64,000 nucleotides of DNA from Eledone cirrhosa (taxonomy: Eukaryota). The notes below the pieces were generated by a model. The model saw only the letters and a list, made by a program, of their open reading frames with translations. It had not been told where the DNA came from and ran no database searches. Shown here piece after piece: positions 1 to 12,363 of the stretch (its first letter is position 1; each line of letters begins with the position of its first letter). The DNA lies in the NCBI GenBank assembly GCA_964016885.1, contig OZ024758.1, positions 32,612,001 to 32,676,000 on the forward strand, written 5' to 3'. A program made the position numbers and the translations under genes.

Positions 1-320
1 GAAAGTCATATTTTGTTACCTCATATCCTAATATAACCCGGGTTGACCAATACCTTGTGTGTGGGATTAGGTAAATGAAAAATGTTCAGAAATCCATTGA
101 ATGTGTGTGTGTTTGCATGTATCTTATTTTCCTTGCTTATAAAAAGGAAAATGGTATAATGCATTTGGGGTTGAGATGTGCATGGGTTGAGGCATACATC
201 TTCCCCTCCCCCTTCCATACACCTCCACATCTCCCCCTCTTGTACCCCCCATGTTCTAACACTCCACCCATGCCCAAACACTCCATAACCTCACGCATGC
301 CCCCACATCTCTTCGCAGCC

Positions 321-470
321 CACACTGTAAATGGGTAAGGGCATTCAGCTGTAGAAACCAAGCCAAAACCAGTTCTGTATGGTCATCGGACCTGGCTTGT
401 CTCATAATGGGGAAACTCATCTAACCCATGCTAGTGTGGTAAATGGTCATTAAACTGTGATGATGATGAT
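321..470 (+). mobile_element. RTE LINE 3'-end fragment
   Basis: Degenerate aagggcattcagctgtagaaacc motif, aacccatgctagtgtgg and a (GAT)n tail, matching the 3' ends of the RTE copies at 29660-29835 and 43030-43195. Confidence 0.7.
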
Positions 471-472
471 AC

Positions 473-750
473 CCTCAGGTTGATTAATGCTCTGTGAGTG
501 GATTAAAGTAGATGAAAAATGTTCAGAAATTCACTAAATGTGTGTATGTGTGTGAGTGTATTTGCAGGTATTCGTGTTTGTATTTACAACTATATTGCAT
601 AACAGCTGACTTGTTTATGTTTCTGCAACCTTGTGATTTGACAAATTCATATCAATAACATAAGCAGCAGACTCAGAAATAAGTAGTGAAGTTGATATAA
701 TCAATTAAACCCTTGAAGAAAGTGCCCTAGCATGGCTACAGTCCAATCCA
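473..750 (+). mobile_element. Old SINE body (second family); related copies at ~40-125 and ~25720-25980
   Basis: Dispersed similarity within the window (tgtgagtg...gaaaa...tgtgtg...cagact...aataagta...agcatgg(c/t)...agtc). Confidence 0.5.
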
Positions 751-1339
751 TGAGCTCAGCTGGTCTTGTGTGGCATTCCAGCCAGATCAATTGGAGATGG
801 TCACTGCTGATAGGACATGCTGAGGATTCTGCCTCCTCAATCCTCTCAGGAATAATAGTAATAAGATGATGATGATGATATGAATTCTCTAAATAACTAA
901 AATGTTTGAAGTGACACAAAAGAAATTTAGACAAGATAAAAAGACAAAGAAGGTTAAGAGATGAATATGAGTTTGTTGATAAAGAATCTCTCCAGAGACA
1001 ACTGCTATCAAGTTATCACAGTAGACATAAAACAGTTAAATGAACAATAACAGGTTTGAAACCCAGGGCTATCAATTCCTGGGTTACAATTATTTTAAGT
1101 CAGTTACTAATTAACTGTTTAATTTTAAAATAGTAATCAGCGTGTTGATGAATCAAATATCTGGTGCAGAAATCGGTAATTAAATGAATATTGGTGACTT
1201 TTTAACCAAGAAGTTTAATGAGTTTTTACAGTGCTCTCATTTAATGGGATGAAATAGTTAAAACATACAACAGCAGTTTATATATTGGAATAATGAAGGT
1301 TAAATACAAATTTGATTTAAATTTGTATTATTTATCTAG

Positions 1340-1860
1340 AGGGCAGTGGATTGGAAGTATCAGTAGAGCATCGAGGAACATGCTTTGTGGCATATAGTTA
1401 GGGCCCTTTATGTCCTGATGAAATATTTAAAACATACAACATATGGCAGTACTCCCAATATATTGCCTTCTAGATAAATAATTGTTTCTACTTTTGGCAC
1501 AAGGCCAGCAATTATCCCAGTGCATTACTGGTGCTTTATTTTATTGATGTCCTTACGGGGTCGATAAAATAAAGTACCAGTAATGCATTGAGATAATTGC
1601 TGGCCTTGTGCCAAAAGTGGAAACAATTATTTATCTACAAGGCAATATATTGGGAGTACTGCTAGAGCATCGGACAACATACTTTTCAGAATATAGATTT
1701 GTCCCTTTATGTTCTGAGTTGAAATCATGCCAAGCTTAGCCTTTCATTCTTATGAGGGTCAATAAAATGAAGTACCAGTAATGCACTGGCGTCGATTTAA
1801 TCGACTTCTCCTCCCCCCAAATTCTTGGTCTTCTACCTAAATCAGAAACCATTATTTATC
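1340..1860 (+). mobile_element. Cluster of tRNA-derived SINE copies containing a fold-back
   Basis: SINE head (gggcagtggattggaagtatcagtagag), B-box-like gttgaaatc and tail ggccttgtgccaaaagt.gaaacaattatt; inverted duplication 1446-1662. Confidence 0.75.
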
Positions 1861-1980
1861 TAAGTTAAATATAACAATTTACTAGAGAAATCAAGATTTA
1901 TTACTTCTAATGATTAATAATTTTAAAAGGTTTATCAGATTTGCAGTGCTTCATCTTTTTGTTACCATATTTCTAACAAA

Positions 1981-2265
1981 AGGCAGCAAATTAGCAGAGT
2001 TGGTAAGACGTCGGATAGAATGCTTTACAGTATTTGTCCCACTTCTCTGAATTCAAATCCTGCCGGGGTCAACTTTGCCTTTCATCCTTTCGAGGTCGAT
2101 AAAAAAAAGTACCAGTTCAGTACTGGAGTCGATTTTTTCTCAATTGAAAAAAATCTGCTGTGTTCAGACCTGGAGAGGGTTGGGCTCTGGCAGGTTTATA
2201 TGTGCCCTAGACCCACCGTATGATGGTGCCTCTATGACTCTACAAGGAGTTATGGGATCTTTATG
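1981..2265 (+). mobile_element. SINE variant with alternative 3' tail; other copies 3012-3365 (+), 9933-10210 (-), 39210-39500 (+)
   Basis: Head and ttcaaatcc B box as in the main SINE, followed by a different tail ttcagacctggagaggg...ggagttatgggatc that is shared between copies. Confidence 0.65.
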
Positions 2266-3599
2266 CTATCCTATTTCTAACAAAAAACAATTCCTATAAT
2301 TTACAATCATTTTGAAAATAATTATGCAATTAGAGAAATTTAAATATAGCTAACTTTCTCATTATTTGTCTGGTGTTTGGAGCATATCTTAACAAAGGTT
2401 CTTACATAAAAACTATGATGGAAAGTTTTTGATAAATATAAACACTTTAAAACTAACATGACCTTTGTCATAATTATAATTTTTGAATGATAAAATAAGA
2501 AAACTGTTCAAAATGTATTACTAATTAATTACTAATTAATTTCTAACATAAGCACAATGTTACAAATTTAACACTTTCGATACCAACCCCACCAAAACCA
2601 CCTCTGGTCCTATATAACATTCAAGTGCCCAGGCTTGTCAAACACTGTGTCATATTGAATCTCCCTGAGAACTGAGTTAAGGATGTATTTGTCTGTGGAA
2701 TGCTCAGCTACTTGGAAGTTAATTTCATGAGCAGGCTGTTGTGTTAACTTAATTAACCAGAGCACTCATTGTCAGAGATGATGCAAGTCCAACAACTGTG
2801 TGAGTGGGTGTGTAGTAGTTGTATTATCTACTAGTCTCATGGTATGAGACTAGAATTTCATTGTGAGTGTTGAGCTTTGTATAGATTCAGTGATGGCAAC
2901 AGCTGCAATATTTTCTAATCCTGACCATGTATACTATGGGATGCAGATTTAATTATGTTATGTATGTGGAATAAAAAAACAACAACAATTAGTTCTTAGT
3001 TTATAGACCCTGGTGAATTGGTAGAGTTGTTAGAACATTGGTTAGAATGCTTTACGGTATTCGTTTCAGTTCTCTGAGTTCAAATCCCACCAAGGTCAAC
3101 TTTGCCTTTCATCCATTCAAGGTCAATAAATAAAATACCAGTCAAGTACTGGGGTCTGTTCTTTCTCTATAACTCTTTCTCTCTCTCACTCTCTCTCATT
3201 CTCTCTATATCTCTCACTTCCATTCTCCCCCTCTCTCTATCTTTCTCTGGAAGACATCTCTATTTAGACCTGGAGAGGATATGGGCTCCGCCAGGTTTAC
3301 AAAATGCCCCAGAAATGCTACATGTTAATACACCATCCCTACAACTCCCCCAGAAGTTATAGGACCATACATACAAACATGTATGGAGTATAATGTATTT
3401 GGTATACATGTGTTGATAAACTATTTGGGTAAATTTATAGAACATCCCCTTGATTTTAGTGGGAAAAAAATATTTTTCCTCCATTTTTTAATGTGCTACC
3501 AACTAATCTAAACTGCCAAGATGCTCACAATTGACTTATTTTCCAGGAAAGCAGAGGCCATGGGGTAGTCTCCACCTCCAGATAATCCCCTTCTCTGAG

Positions 3600-4055
3600 T
3601 TTTCTCCGCATGTTATCAATGATTATGACCTCCAAACCAGTCGGAAATGACGAGTTTTATAGAAAAAGGCGGGTGAAAAGAGGCAAAAAGACCACCAGAG
3701 TTTCGCAGATCTACATCCCTCTAGTGTTTGGTGGGAAATAATTATTTTGCTTTGGTTTTTTCATGTGCTATCAACTAATCTGATCTCCAAGACGCTCGCA
3801 ATTGACTTTTTTTCCCAGAAAACAGAAACCTTAACCATAAACCGGAAAAAAAAAGTCAATTGCAAGCATCTTGGAGGTCAGATTAGTTGATAGCACATGA
3901 AAAACAAACAAAACAAGAAAAATAATTATTTCCCACCAAACACAAGAGGGATGTAGATCTGCAAAACTCGGATAGTCTTTCTACCTCCTTTTTCTACAAA
4001 GCTAGTTATTCCTGACTGGTTTGGAGGTCATATTCATTGATAACACGTGAAAAAA
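3600..4055. repeat. Long inverted repeat (arms ~215 bp, spacer ~25 bp)
   Basis: tgttatcaatg...gacctccaaaccagtc...gcagatctacatccctct...caattgacttttttt is mirrored by aaaaaagtcaattg...agagggatgtagatctgc...gactggtttggaggtc...cattgataaca. Confidence 0.9.
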
Positions 4056-4103
4056 TAGAAGAAAAAAATGTTTTGCTATTTGAAGGAGGTGCTCTTCTAT
4101 AAT

Positions 4104-4315
4104 GATGGTTTCTTATTTAGGCACAAGACCAGCAATTTTGGGGGAGGGGGAAGTTGATTAAAACGAACCCAGTACATTACTGGTACTTTATTTTATCAAC
4201 CCCGTAAGGATGAAAGGCGAAGCTAACCTCGGCGGGATTTAAACTCAGAACGTAAAGAACCGTAAATCTATGCTGCACAGCTGTCTGATGCTCTACCAAT
4301 TTTGCCAATCCACAT
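4104..4315 (-). mobile_element. tRNA-derived SINE
   Basis: Reverse complement of the main SINE consensus. Confidence 0.85.
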
Positions 4316-4686
4316 AATAACACTATTTGATACTGAAGGAAAGATCAGTTTTTTGGGGGTGGGGAGGGGGGGGGGGGGTTACCTATACTGATTATTGAAC
4401 TCTTTATTGACTATGACACTGTGTTCACATCACACATTACTGTCTATACTTTAAAGTAATTACTCCTGCTCCCCTGAAAAATGTTCTCTTATACTTTCAC
4501 ACACATATATCCATTTAACCATCTCTCATCTTACTAATGTCTATGTTGGCATCCACTTCCTGGAAAACTATATTGTGTATCACTTCCATAGAAAGTACAT
4601 TATTCAATGTTACTAAGCCATACATCTGCTCTTTCACACATTTATTTATTCCTTCACACTGCAAGCAAGAGAAATTCAATGTGTGT

Positions 4687-4749
<63 letters not shown>

Positions 4750-4879
4750 TATATAATAGCTGGTTTTAGTGCAAGTCTACCTTGTAAGATGGCTGCATCG
4801 TTATTGAAGAAATAGGTGTCACTGTTAGCTGATTGTACTTTAGCTCTTGTATATTTGTAGATTATCATTACTGCTACTA

Positions 4880-5480
4880 TTAAGAAGAATTTGCTTTATT
4901 TTTGCCTCAGTGCACAAAGTCAAAAGCTCTGAGAAGTCTACAAAAATAAAGACTGCCTGTAGATTTTCAGTCCTGACTCCCTAAATGATTCTCCTGACTG
5001 TTCAAAAGTAAACTGAATTTTCCTTAATCCATTTTGGAATCCACAGAACTGACTTCAGTGTCCTCTGGTAGTCATCACTACAAAATAATCTTAAGAGAAG
5101 CTTCTGAGCCACTACAAAATCAGTGCTATTGTATTGGTTCACTGCTTAGACACTCATGAAACACAAATGAGGCTTGGTGGCACTTACACCCATGTTATAA
5201 ATCATTCTGAATATCTCTTGGAAAGGACATCCAACTAAACAATTCAGCAATATTTCTGCAGTCATTTTATATGTTTAGAGAGAGATGCATGCATTTTGCA
5301 GGAGATTGCCGGAGAGCTGAGCAAAAAATCATTAATGATATATTCCTATTGAGACCATCATATGAATATACATGTGTTGGCCATTCTGCAAAGGCCCATT
5401 TAAACCAGCTCTGTATGGACACAACATGTTTTCCCAGTTCACCACATGAACAATATATGGGACTGAGATGAGTGGCGTGG
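4880..5480. pseudogene. Highly decayed RTE RT fragments in opposite orientations
   Basis: Minus strand ~4880-5000 reads AVFIFVDFS..FD.VH (RT motif A). Plus strand ~5200-5480 reads ILNISWKGHPTK...RERCMHFAGDC.R (RTE C-terminal region). Confidence 0.55.
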
Positions 5481-5699
5481 ACAAATCAGACAAATATAAG
5501 CAAGCTTAACTAGATGATAGCTTGAAGTTATCTACATTTTAGAGGGGGTTTAAATAATACAATGTATGCCATCAATGCTACAAGTGTATTGGCTGAGTTA
5601 GTAAAATATCAGTAACTTAGTATCAAGAGTTTGTATTCATCACAGAATTCTATGTCAGCCACACTAAGTTATATTTATATAGCACTAAGTGTGTTATCT

Positions 5700-5978
5700 A
5701 AAGTCTGTCTCAAGCCCAGAAGCTCACCAAGCTGGTGCTTATCTCGGTTTCTGTGGCATGAAGTGACTGAAAGTACAAGATTCCCCACTGGACAGGACAC
5801 CAGTCCATCGCAGGGTTAAACACCCCAGCTATTACTGGTATTCATTTTCAGCTGATTATACTGGAGCAATGTGAAATGAAGTGTTTTGCTCAAGAACACA
5901 ACACACAACCCAAGTCCAGGTATCCACAACATTATGATCATAAGTCAACACCCTTACCGTTAGGTCACACACCTCCAC
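5700..5978 (-). mobile_element. CORE-type SINE; related copy at 55737-56045 (-)
   Basis: Minus strand has tgtgttcttgagcaaaacacttcatttcacattgctccag (CORE-like box) after a degenerate tRNA-like head; the same block occurs at ~55930-55985. Confidence 0.6.
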
Positions 5979-6863
5979 AAGTGTGCTAAAGCCAAGTTCA
6001 AGTCAATAACAGTGCCTCTATGCAGTTGTTTAATTTGCAAAATAAATAGAAGCTAAATTTCCCTAAAATTACACCCCTTTTTTTAAACCAAAAAAAATTA
6101 ATAAAAGAGACTTTGAAAAATACAGTCCCAGATACTGTGCTTCAAAGACTGGTCATAGTTAGCATGTCTTCGATCATAGAGCTGTTCAATCAGAGCAGAT
6201 CTGAGACTAAAAACCTCAACGACTTCAGTGCTAAATTCAAATCATGTTGCGGTTAATATTTGCACTATCTGGCAGTTATTGATAACAAAACTATAATAGA
6301 GAAGATAGAAACCATGTAGTTAGATGAGAATAAATCAGAGTCAAGAATCTGTTTCTCATCATTTTTCTCCTATTATGAGAAATTATGACAGATCACATTT
6401 GATATTAGTAATATATGGCACACATTACTTATTTTGCTTTTGCAGCCATTCCATATATGAATGTTGATATTTCTACATTCTTTATCATACCCCTCCCCCA
6501 CTATCATTTTCTCTCTCTCTTCATTTATTGTGGTTGACAATCTGAAGGATAATCAACTACAAGAACTCCTTTAGTTATACATTATCTAGTAATGAAGCTG
6601 TAAAAACCTATTTGTGTATCTGACATGTTAACAGTTGGGATGAGGCAAGTTAATCTAAACTAAGACAACATAGAAAAAACATATGTTAAATGTGATATTG
6701 TTATATGTTAAATATTATGTGATGACTAAATTTATATTTATTGTTATCACCTAGATGCCATTTAAGGTTATTTTTATAATTAATGGATTGTTTATTTTCT
6801 GTTTTGTTATCAACTAGAATAAATATTTGATTGGTGTGTTGGTGTGTCTCATGATGCTACAAC

Positions 6864-7330
6864 TTTACATCATCATCTTCTTCTTGCATATGAGACAGAA
6901 ATCGTGTGGCCCCTCCTCCATGAAGGCTTTACAACCAGCTCCCTTTTTAAGGGCCGAAAAACTGGCTTGAGTGAGTGTGTGTGTGAGTTGGGGGGTGGTG
7001 TTCTCTGTTGTCCAGCTCTCCTGAGACTTTCTTACCACTGGCATCTTCTTACTATGAGACAGGAAGCACATGATATCACCCCACCAGCTCACAGTAGTGG
7101 GATTAGGGTATATGAGGTTCATATCCTAAGGTGGGCAGAAATCCTGGTACTCCTTCAGTGTATGTCCAACAGTCTGCTGTTGTGAGCCACCAGTGTGGCT
7201 CCCCAGAAGCAGCCTCCAGTGGTGCATGACTGCATCAATCAACTGACAGCTATGTATAGCTGATTCACAGACCCTCAGAGGGAAGGGTGGGTCTTGGACC
7301 CTGATCACTGATTTCTGATCATGATCAGCC
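6864..7330 (-). mobile_element. Old RTE-like 3' fragment
   Basis: (GAA/GAT)n tail on the minus strand at 6864-6885; only weak RTE C-terminal-like residues. Confidence 0.35.
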
Positions 7331-8279
7331 AAATGAAAACAATCTGAGAGAGCAGCAGTAAATCAACAACATAGGGCTTGGTGTACATTTATTTGTGTTC
7401 AAGTTAACATCCATCTTCCACACTAGCATGGGTAGGACAGGCTGTCCATTTGTAAGGGGTCAGGTCAAGGGGCCGTGAATCACTCACACATAACTGGATG
7501 ACCTTCCTAATGCCAATCACATTTACAGTGTGTGCTGGGTTTTTTTGCCATGTCACCTATATACATATATATATTTATTCAACCAATTTAAACGTCTGTA
7601 TAGAGGTAGTAAGCCATGACAAACTAGAGAATGTATTTAGTATTTCGTACAGTTGAAAAACAAAGAAAGATAAGTAAATATAATATTAAAAATGAAAATA
7701 AAAATGTTTAAATAGGGAAAGCCAACTTGAGGTAAAATAATCATAAAAAATAATATAAGTACATTAAATATCATATATATAAATATAGTAAAATAAAAAA
7801 TATATAATACTTATTTATACATAGTCCATATAATTTTATTTATTATATATTATTTACAATTTGTGTGTAGGTAGGTCTCTCTGGAAATAGGGTTGGGGTG
7901 GGGGGCTGAGGGTATTACGTGGCCCAAAAAGTTTGAGAAACTCTGGTCTAGTCGAACAACATTAATCCTTTTGATACTAACCCATCCAAAAGTACTCCTG
8001 GTTCACAACCACCCATTTTAAACGGTTTTCATTTCAGTTAAAATCTTTCTAACATTATTTGATATAAGTATGTGAGATTGAATTCCAGAGAACAAAAAAC
8101 AAAACCCCCAAAAAAACAGTGGATGGCAAGGACTAAAATGAAATGATGAATTATGTAGATTTCACAAAAATTAGGGATCAGAAATCCTAAACCAAATATT
8201 ATGAAAAAATACAAGGAATGCATTTATCTGATAGCGGGAAAGCACTGGGTGTAATTGAATGAATCATTTAGAATCATAA

Positions 8280-8640
8280 TATTGGTTTTTGATTTCGGCA
8301 CAAGATCGACAATTTGAGGGGGAGGGGAAAGTCAGTTATCAACTCCAGTGTTATAGGTACTTTATTTTATCAACTCTGTAAGGAACTCAGAACATAAAGG
8401 AACGCAACCATATACCACAAAGCATATTATCCAACGCTCTACTGATTCTGCCAATCCACCACCATCTCAGTCAATAATAGTTTTTGATTAAGGCAGAAGG
8501 CCAACAATTGTCAATTAAATCAACTCCAGTGCGTTACTGGTACTTTATTTTATCAATCCTGTAAGTATGAAAGATAAAGCTAACAACAACAACAGAACTT
8601 GAACTCAGAATATAAAGGGATGTATCTAAATACCACAGTT
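8280..8640 (-). mobile_element. Two tandem tRNA-derived SINE copies
   Basis: Two consecutive reverse-complement matches to the main SINE. Confidence 0.75.
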
Positions 8641-9456
8641 GGTACTATTAGCAGAATAGTCACAGATTTGCCTAAACCAGTGATTCCCGTGGGACACAGA
8701 GGAACAATTTGAATATTTAAGGGGACTAATTTGAAAATGATGTTAATGAGAATATACTTCAGGTTTTACCTTATTCACTTTTACACTAAAGCAAATTTAG
8801 TCTAATTACTGTCGGAAACTCCTGTCTCACCTACTCCACCACATGTTCTGTGGCCTAAACAGACATGGAGGAAGCTAATCCATAGAAGTTTCTACATGTT
8901 TAATGGATTGAATTGAAGTCTAATCAGTGTTTTATTCATGACTACATCATCTTCAATGTGAACATGATATCCCACATTTCAGGGACTTATAATTATTTAA
9001 TATATATTCATATCTAAGAACATGTTGACAGAAATTCTCACTGATACCGTCTAATCTATGCAAGCTTGGAAAATAGATGTTAAATGATGATGATGATGAT
9101 GATGATATATATGCAGCTTTTCTGATATTCATTAATAAGAATTTGGTATATTTTTCAATTATATAATTTTTAAACATAATTGTTAGACATTTTGCAATAA
9201 GGTGATGACAGGGACTCTATTTATAGGAGATAAGTGTTATATGTCAATGGCATTTTACTGTTTGGTAATGAAGGTTTGAAAACTAAAAATAACGGGAAAA
9301 GGATAAGTTGAATTACAAAATGTAGGTTTGTGAATTTATTTAGATATGGGATAGAAATGTATGATATACAGGGCATTTCCAAAATCTAGACACATAAGCA
9401 AAATGCATATTTTTAATAAAAATAAAAAAATTCATCAACATTTTATTTAATTGAAA

Positions 9457-9791
9457 TCTATATATAAATTTGAGCAACTTCCATCCATCTGTCCATCACA
9501 ATGTGTGTGAGTGTTTGTGTGAATGCATGTGTGCATAAAAGGAAAGAAGGGGATGGTGAAAAAACTATAGCAAAACAGTGGCTGGCATTTCATTTGATAT
9601 GCTGTGTGTGAGTGTATGAGTTTGTGTGAGTGTGTGTTTGTGTAAATGTCTGTCTGTGAGTGTGTATTTTTGTGTGTTTGTGTTTGCACGGTTATATTTA
9701 TATACTCATACATATAAATGTATGCATATGCACATACACATATGCACACATATATACACATACGCGTCAGCATGTTGAAAAAAAATCCTAG
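9457..9791 (+). mobile_element. Non-autonomous Helitron-like element (family A); second copy 60008-60299
   Basis: a|TCTATATATA start, subterminal near-palindrome tcagcatgttga, CTAG|t end; body shared with the 60-kb copy. Lies inside a probable Tc1/mariner MITE (tacaggg at 9367 ... caccctgta at ~9903). Confidence 0.65.
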
Positions 9792-11259
9792 TATTAATAA
9801 ATAATAGCTCCTTGCTGTTTGGAATGGACCAAACAATGTTTGATAAAACATTCTGTCGGTTAACCTCATCATTCCTGTCTCCAGGCTTTAGGGACACCCT
9901 GTATAATGAAATATTTTAAACTCATATATAAAGGATAAAGATCCCATAACTCCTTTTGGAGTCATATGGTGGGTCTAGGGCACTTTTAAACCTGATGGAG
10001 CCAAACCCTCTCCAGGTCTGAATACAGCCGATTTTTCTATAGAGGAAGAATCGACCCCAGTACTGGACTTGTACTTTTTTTTATCGACCTCAAAAGGATG
10101 AAAGGCACAGTTGACCCCGGCAGGATTTGAAATCAGAGCGCGCCATGAGATGGGACATATACCGTAAAGCATTCTATCCGATATCTTAATGACTCTGTTA
10201 ATTCACTGCCTAGAATGTCATAACTAGAGAATTGTTAAAAATGGGGAAACTAGAGAATCAAACCTATGAAATTAAGCTCCTAAGCCCAACAACCCTAGCC
10301 ACTAAGCCCTGTAGTTCCACAATTAATTTATTTATTAAATACCCTCAAACTTGATTATTTTTAAAATGAATTAAAACATATAAGCATTAAAATTATAGTC
10401 ACAAAAATGTTCATCATTGTTGTCATCATCATCATACTGAATAGTACTATTATTTGTTTTACATTTACTATTTAAAGCATCTCAATTCTTCATTAAGTAT
10501 GTTTGTTCGTTTTATGTCTTCAATAGTGTTTGCTTAATTTAAACTACACATTTTCAAATAAATCTCAGTCAAGTTTTCCCCAAGCTATTATCAAGATTCA
10601 GCTTCTATTAAATCTTTTCATCCAGGTGACACCATCCATTCTAAAAATATTACACTATCTTTCCTCTATGCACCAATCAAATGGTAAATGTCTGCATTTC
10701 AGTTTAAAGACTTCAACTTCGCTGTGGCTTTTTTTTCTTTTACCTTTTACAGATATATTACATTCTGTGTTTAAATCGTGCTGAGGTTAGCTTTGCCTTT
10801 CGTCCTTACACGGTCGATAAAATAAAGCACCAGCGGGATTTAAACTCAGAACGTAAAAGGCTATAACTATATGCTACAAACCATGTTATCAGATGCTCTA
10901 CCGATAATAATAATAATAATGAAATTATTGTGTACAGTGCTCAGATGCACTACAACTCATCAAAGGTACATGTATGGTACATAGAATAATGTACAAATGT
11001 CAGGAAAGTGAACAGTGTATGAGGCATAATATATGTGTGCGTGTGTATGGAGGGGGAATATTAGGTGTAGGGTTGGCGAATTTCAGGAAGCATGGAGGTT
11101 TTAAAGGATGTAGTGTCTCAGCAACTAACAACTGATGCAGGTAGTTTGTTCCATGCTTCAGCAACTCTGTGCGCGGAAAAAATGTCATAGGAGCTGTGCT
11201 GTTTTCTGACTTTGTAGGCATGCCCACGTGTGTTAGTCACATGGAATTCAAAAAGGTAC

Positions 11260-12363
11260 TCAGGATTGTGGGTGTTTACCAAGTCCATTGCCAGATGTCA
11301 GAGCTTCAATGAAGCCCAGGGAAGCAAGGCATTCAGAGTATGGTAGATGCCTGATGGAGGGTACTCGCTTGGTTGCACATCTCTGAACAGTTTCCAGGAG
11401 GTCAATGTTCTGAACAAGATAGGGGTTCCAGACTGGTGATGCAAATTCTAAGTGTGGCCGCACCATAGCTATATACAGCTCTAAATAGATAGCTCGAGAG
11501 TGGCTGACAAAGGTCTTGCTGAGTGATGCTAAGACACCCTCGGCCTTCTTCACAATTTTTGAGACGTGCTTCGTCCAACGAAAATCGCTGCTGACAGTAA
11601 TGCCCAGGTCACGTTCACAAGAACACTTCTTGATATTAGTGTTGTGAAGGGAGTATGTGGATGTGGGTTTCCCAAAATGCATGGTGGTACACTTGTCCAT
11701 AGCCAGCTTCAGTTGCCAGTCCGTGATCCATTGTTGCATTCTGTTCAGGTCTGATTGCAGGAAAGATCTATAGTGTTCGGGATCTCTCCTTTTTATCTCA
11801 AGGTACAGCTTGATGTCATCTGCGTATTTCAGTACTGTGGCATTCTTTAAGTTGGCATCTATGTCGTTAATATATGCCACAAACAAAAGGGGGCCAAGAA
11901 CAGATTCCTGTGGTACACCAGATGACATCTCACACAGTGAGGAATGCTGTCCTAGAACCGTGACTACCTCTCTTTGACTGAGAATGAAGGACTTCAACCA
12001 GTTAAAAAGATCATCCTTCATACCCATTGCAGAGAGTTTTGCCATAAGTCTTTTGTGTGGCACAGAATTAAAAGCTTTAGCAAAGTCAAAGTAAACAACA
12101 TCCACCCATAAGCCACCATCAGTGATCCGGGTGATGTCTTCAAGAAACTCGATAAGTTGATCAAAGCAGCTGGAGTTAGGGATACATCTAAATTGCGAGG
12201 GCCAGATAAGACTGTGAGAGTGCCAGAAGTTCCAGAGTGTTTCTTTGACACAGGATTCCATCGGTTTGGCAATGCAGCTAGTAAGACTGACTGGACGATA
12301 GTTGACAGGTGATGTGCAGTCACTCTTTTTGAACAGGGGAATGACACTGGCCAGGAGAGGCAT
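11260..12363 (-). pseudogene. CR1 reverse transcriptase domain (frameshifted remnant of ORF2)
   Basis: NYRPVSLTS, YFDFAKAFNSVPH, SGVPQESVLGPLLF, YADD, ERDLG, LY..MVRPHLEFASPVWNP. Confidence 0.92.
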
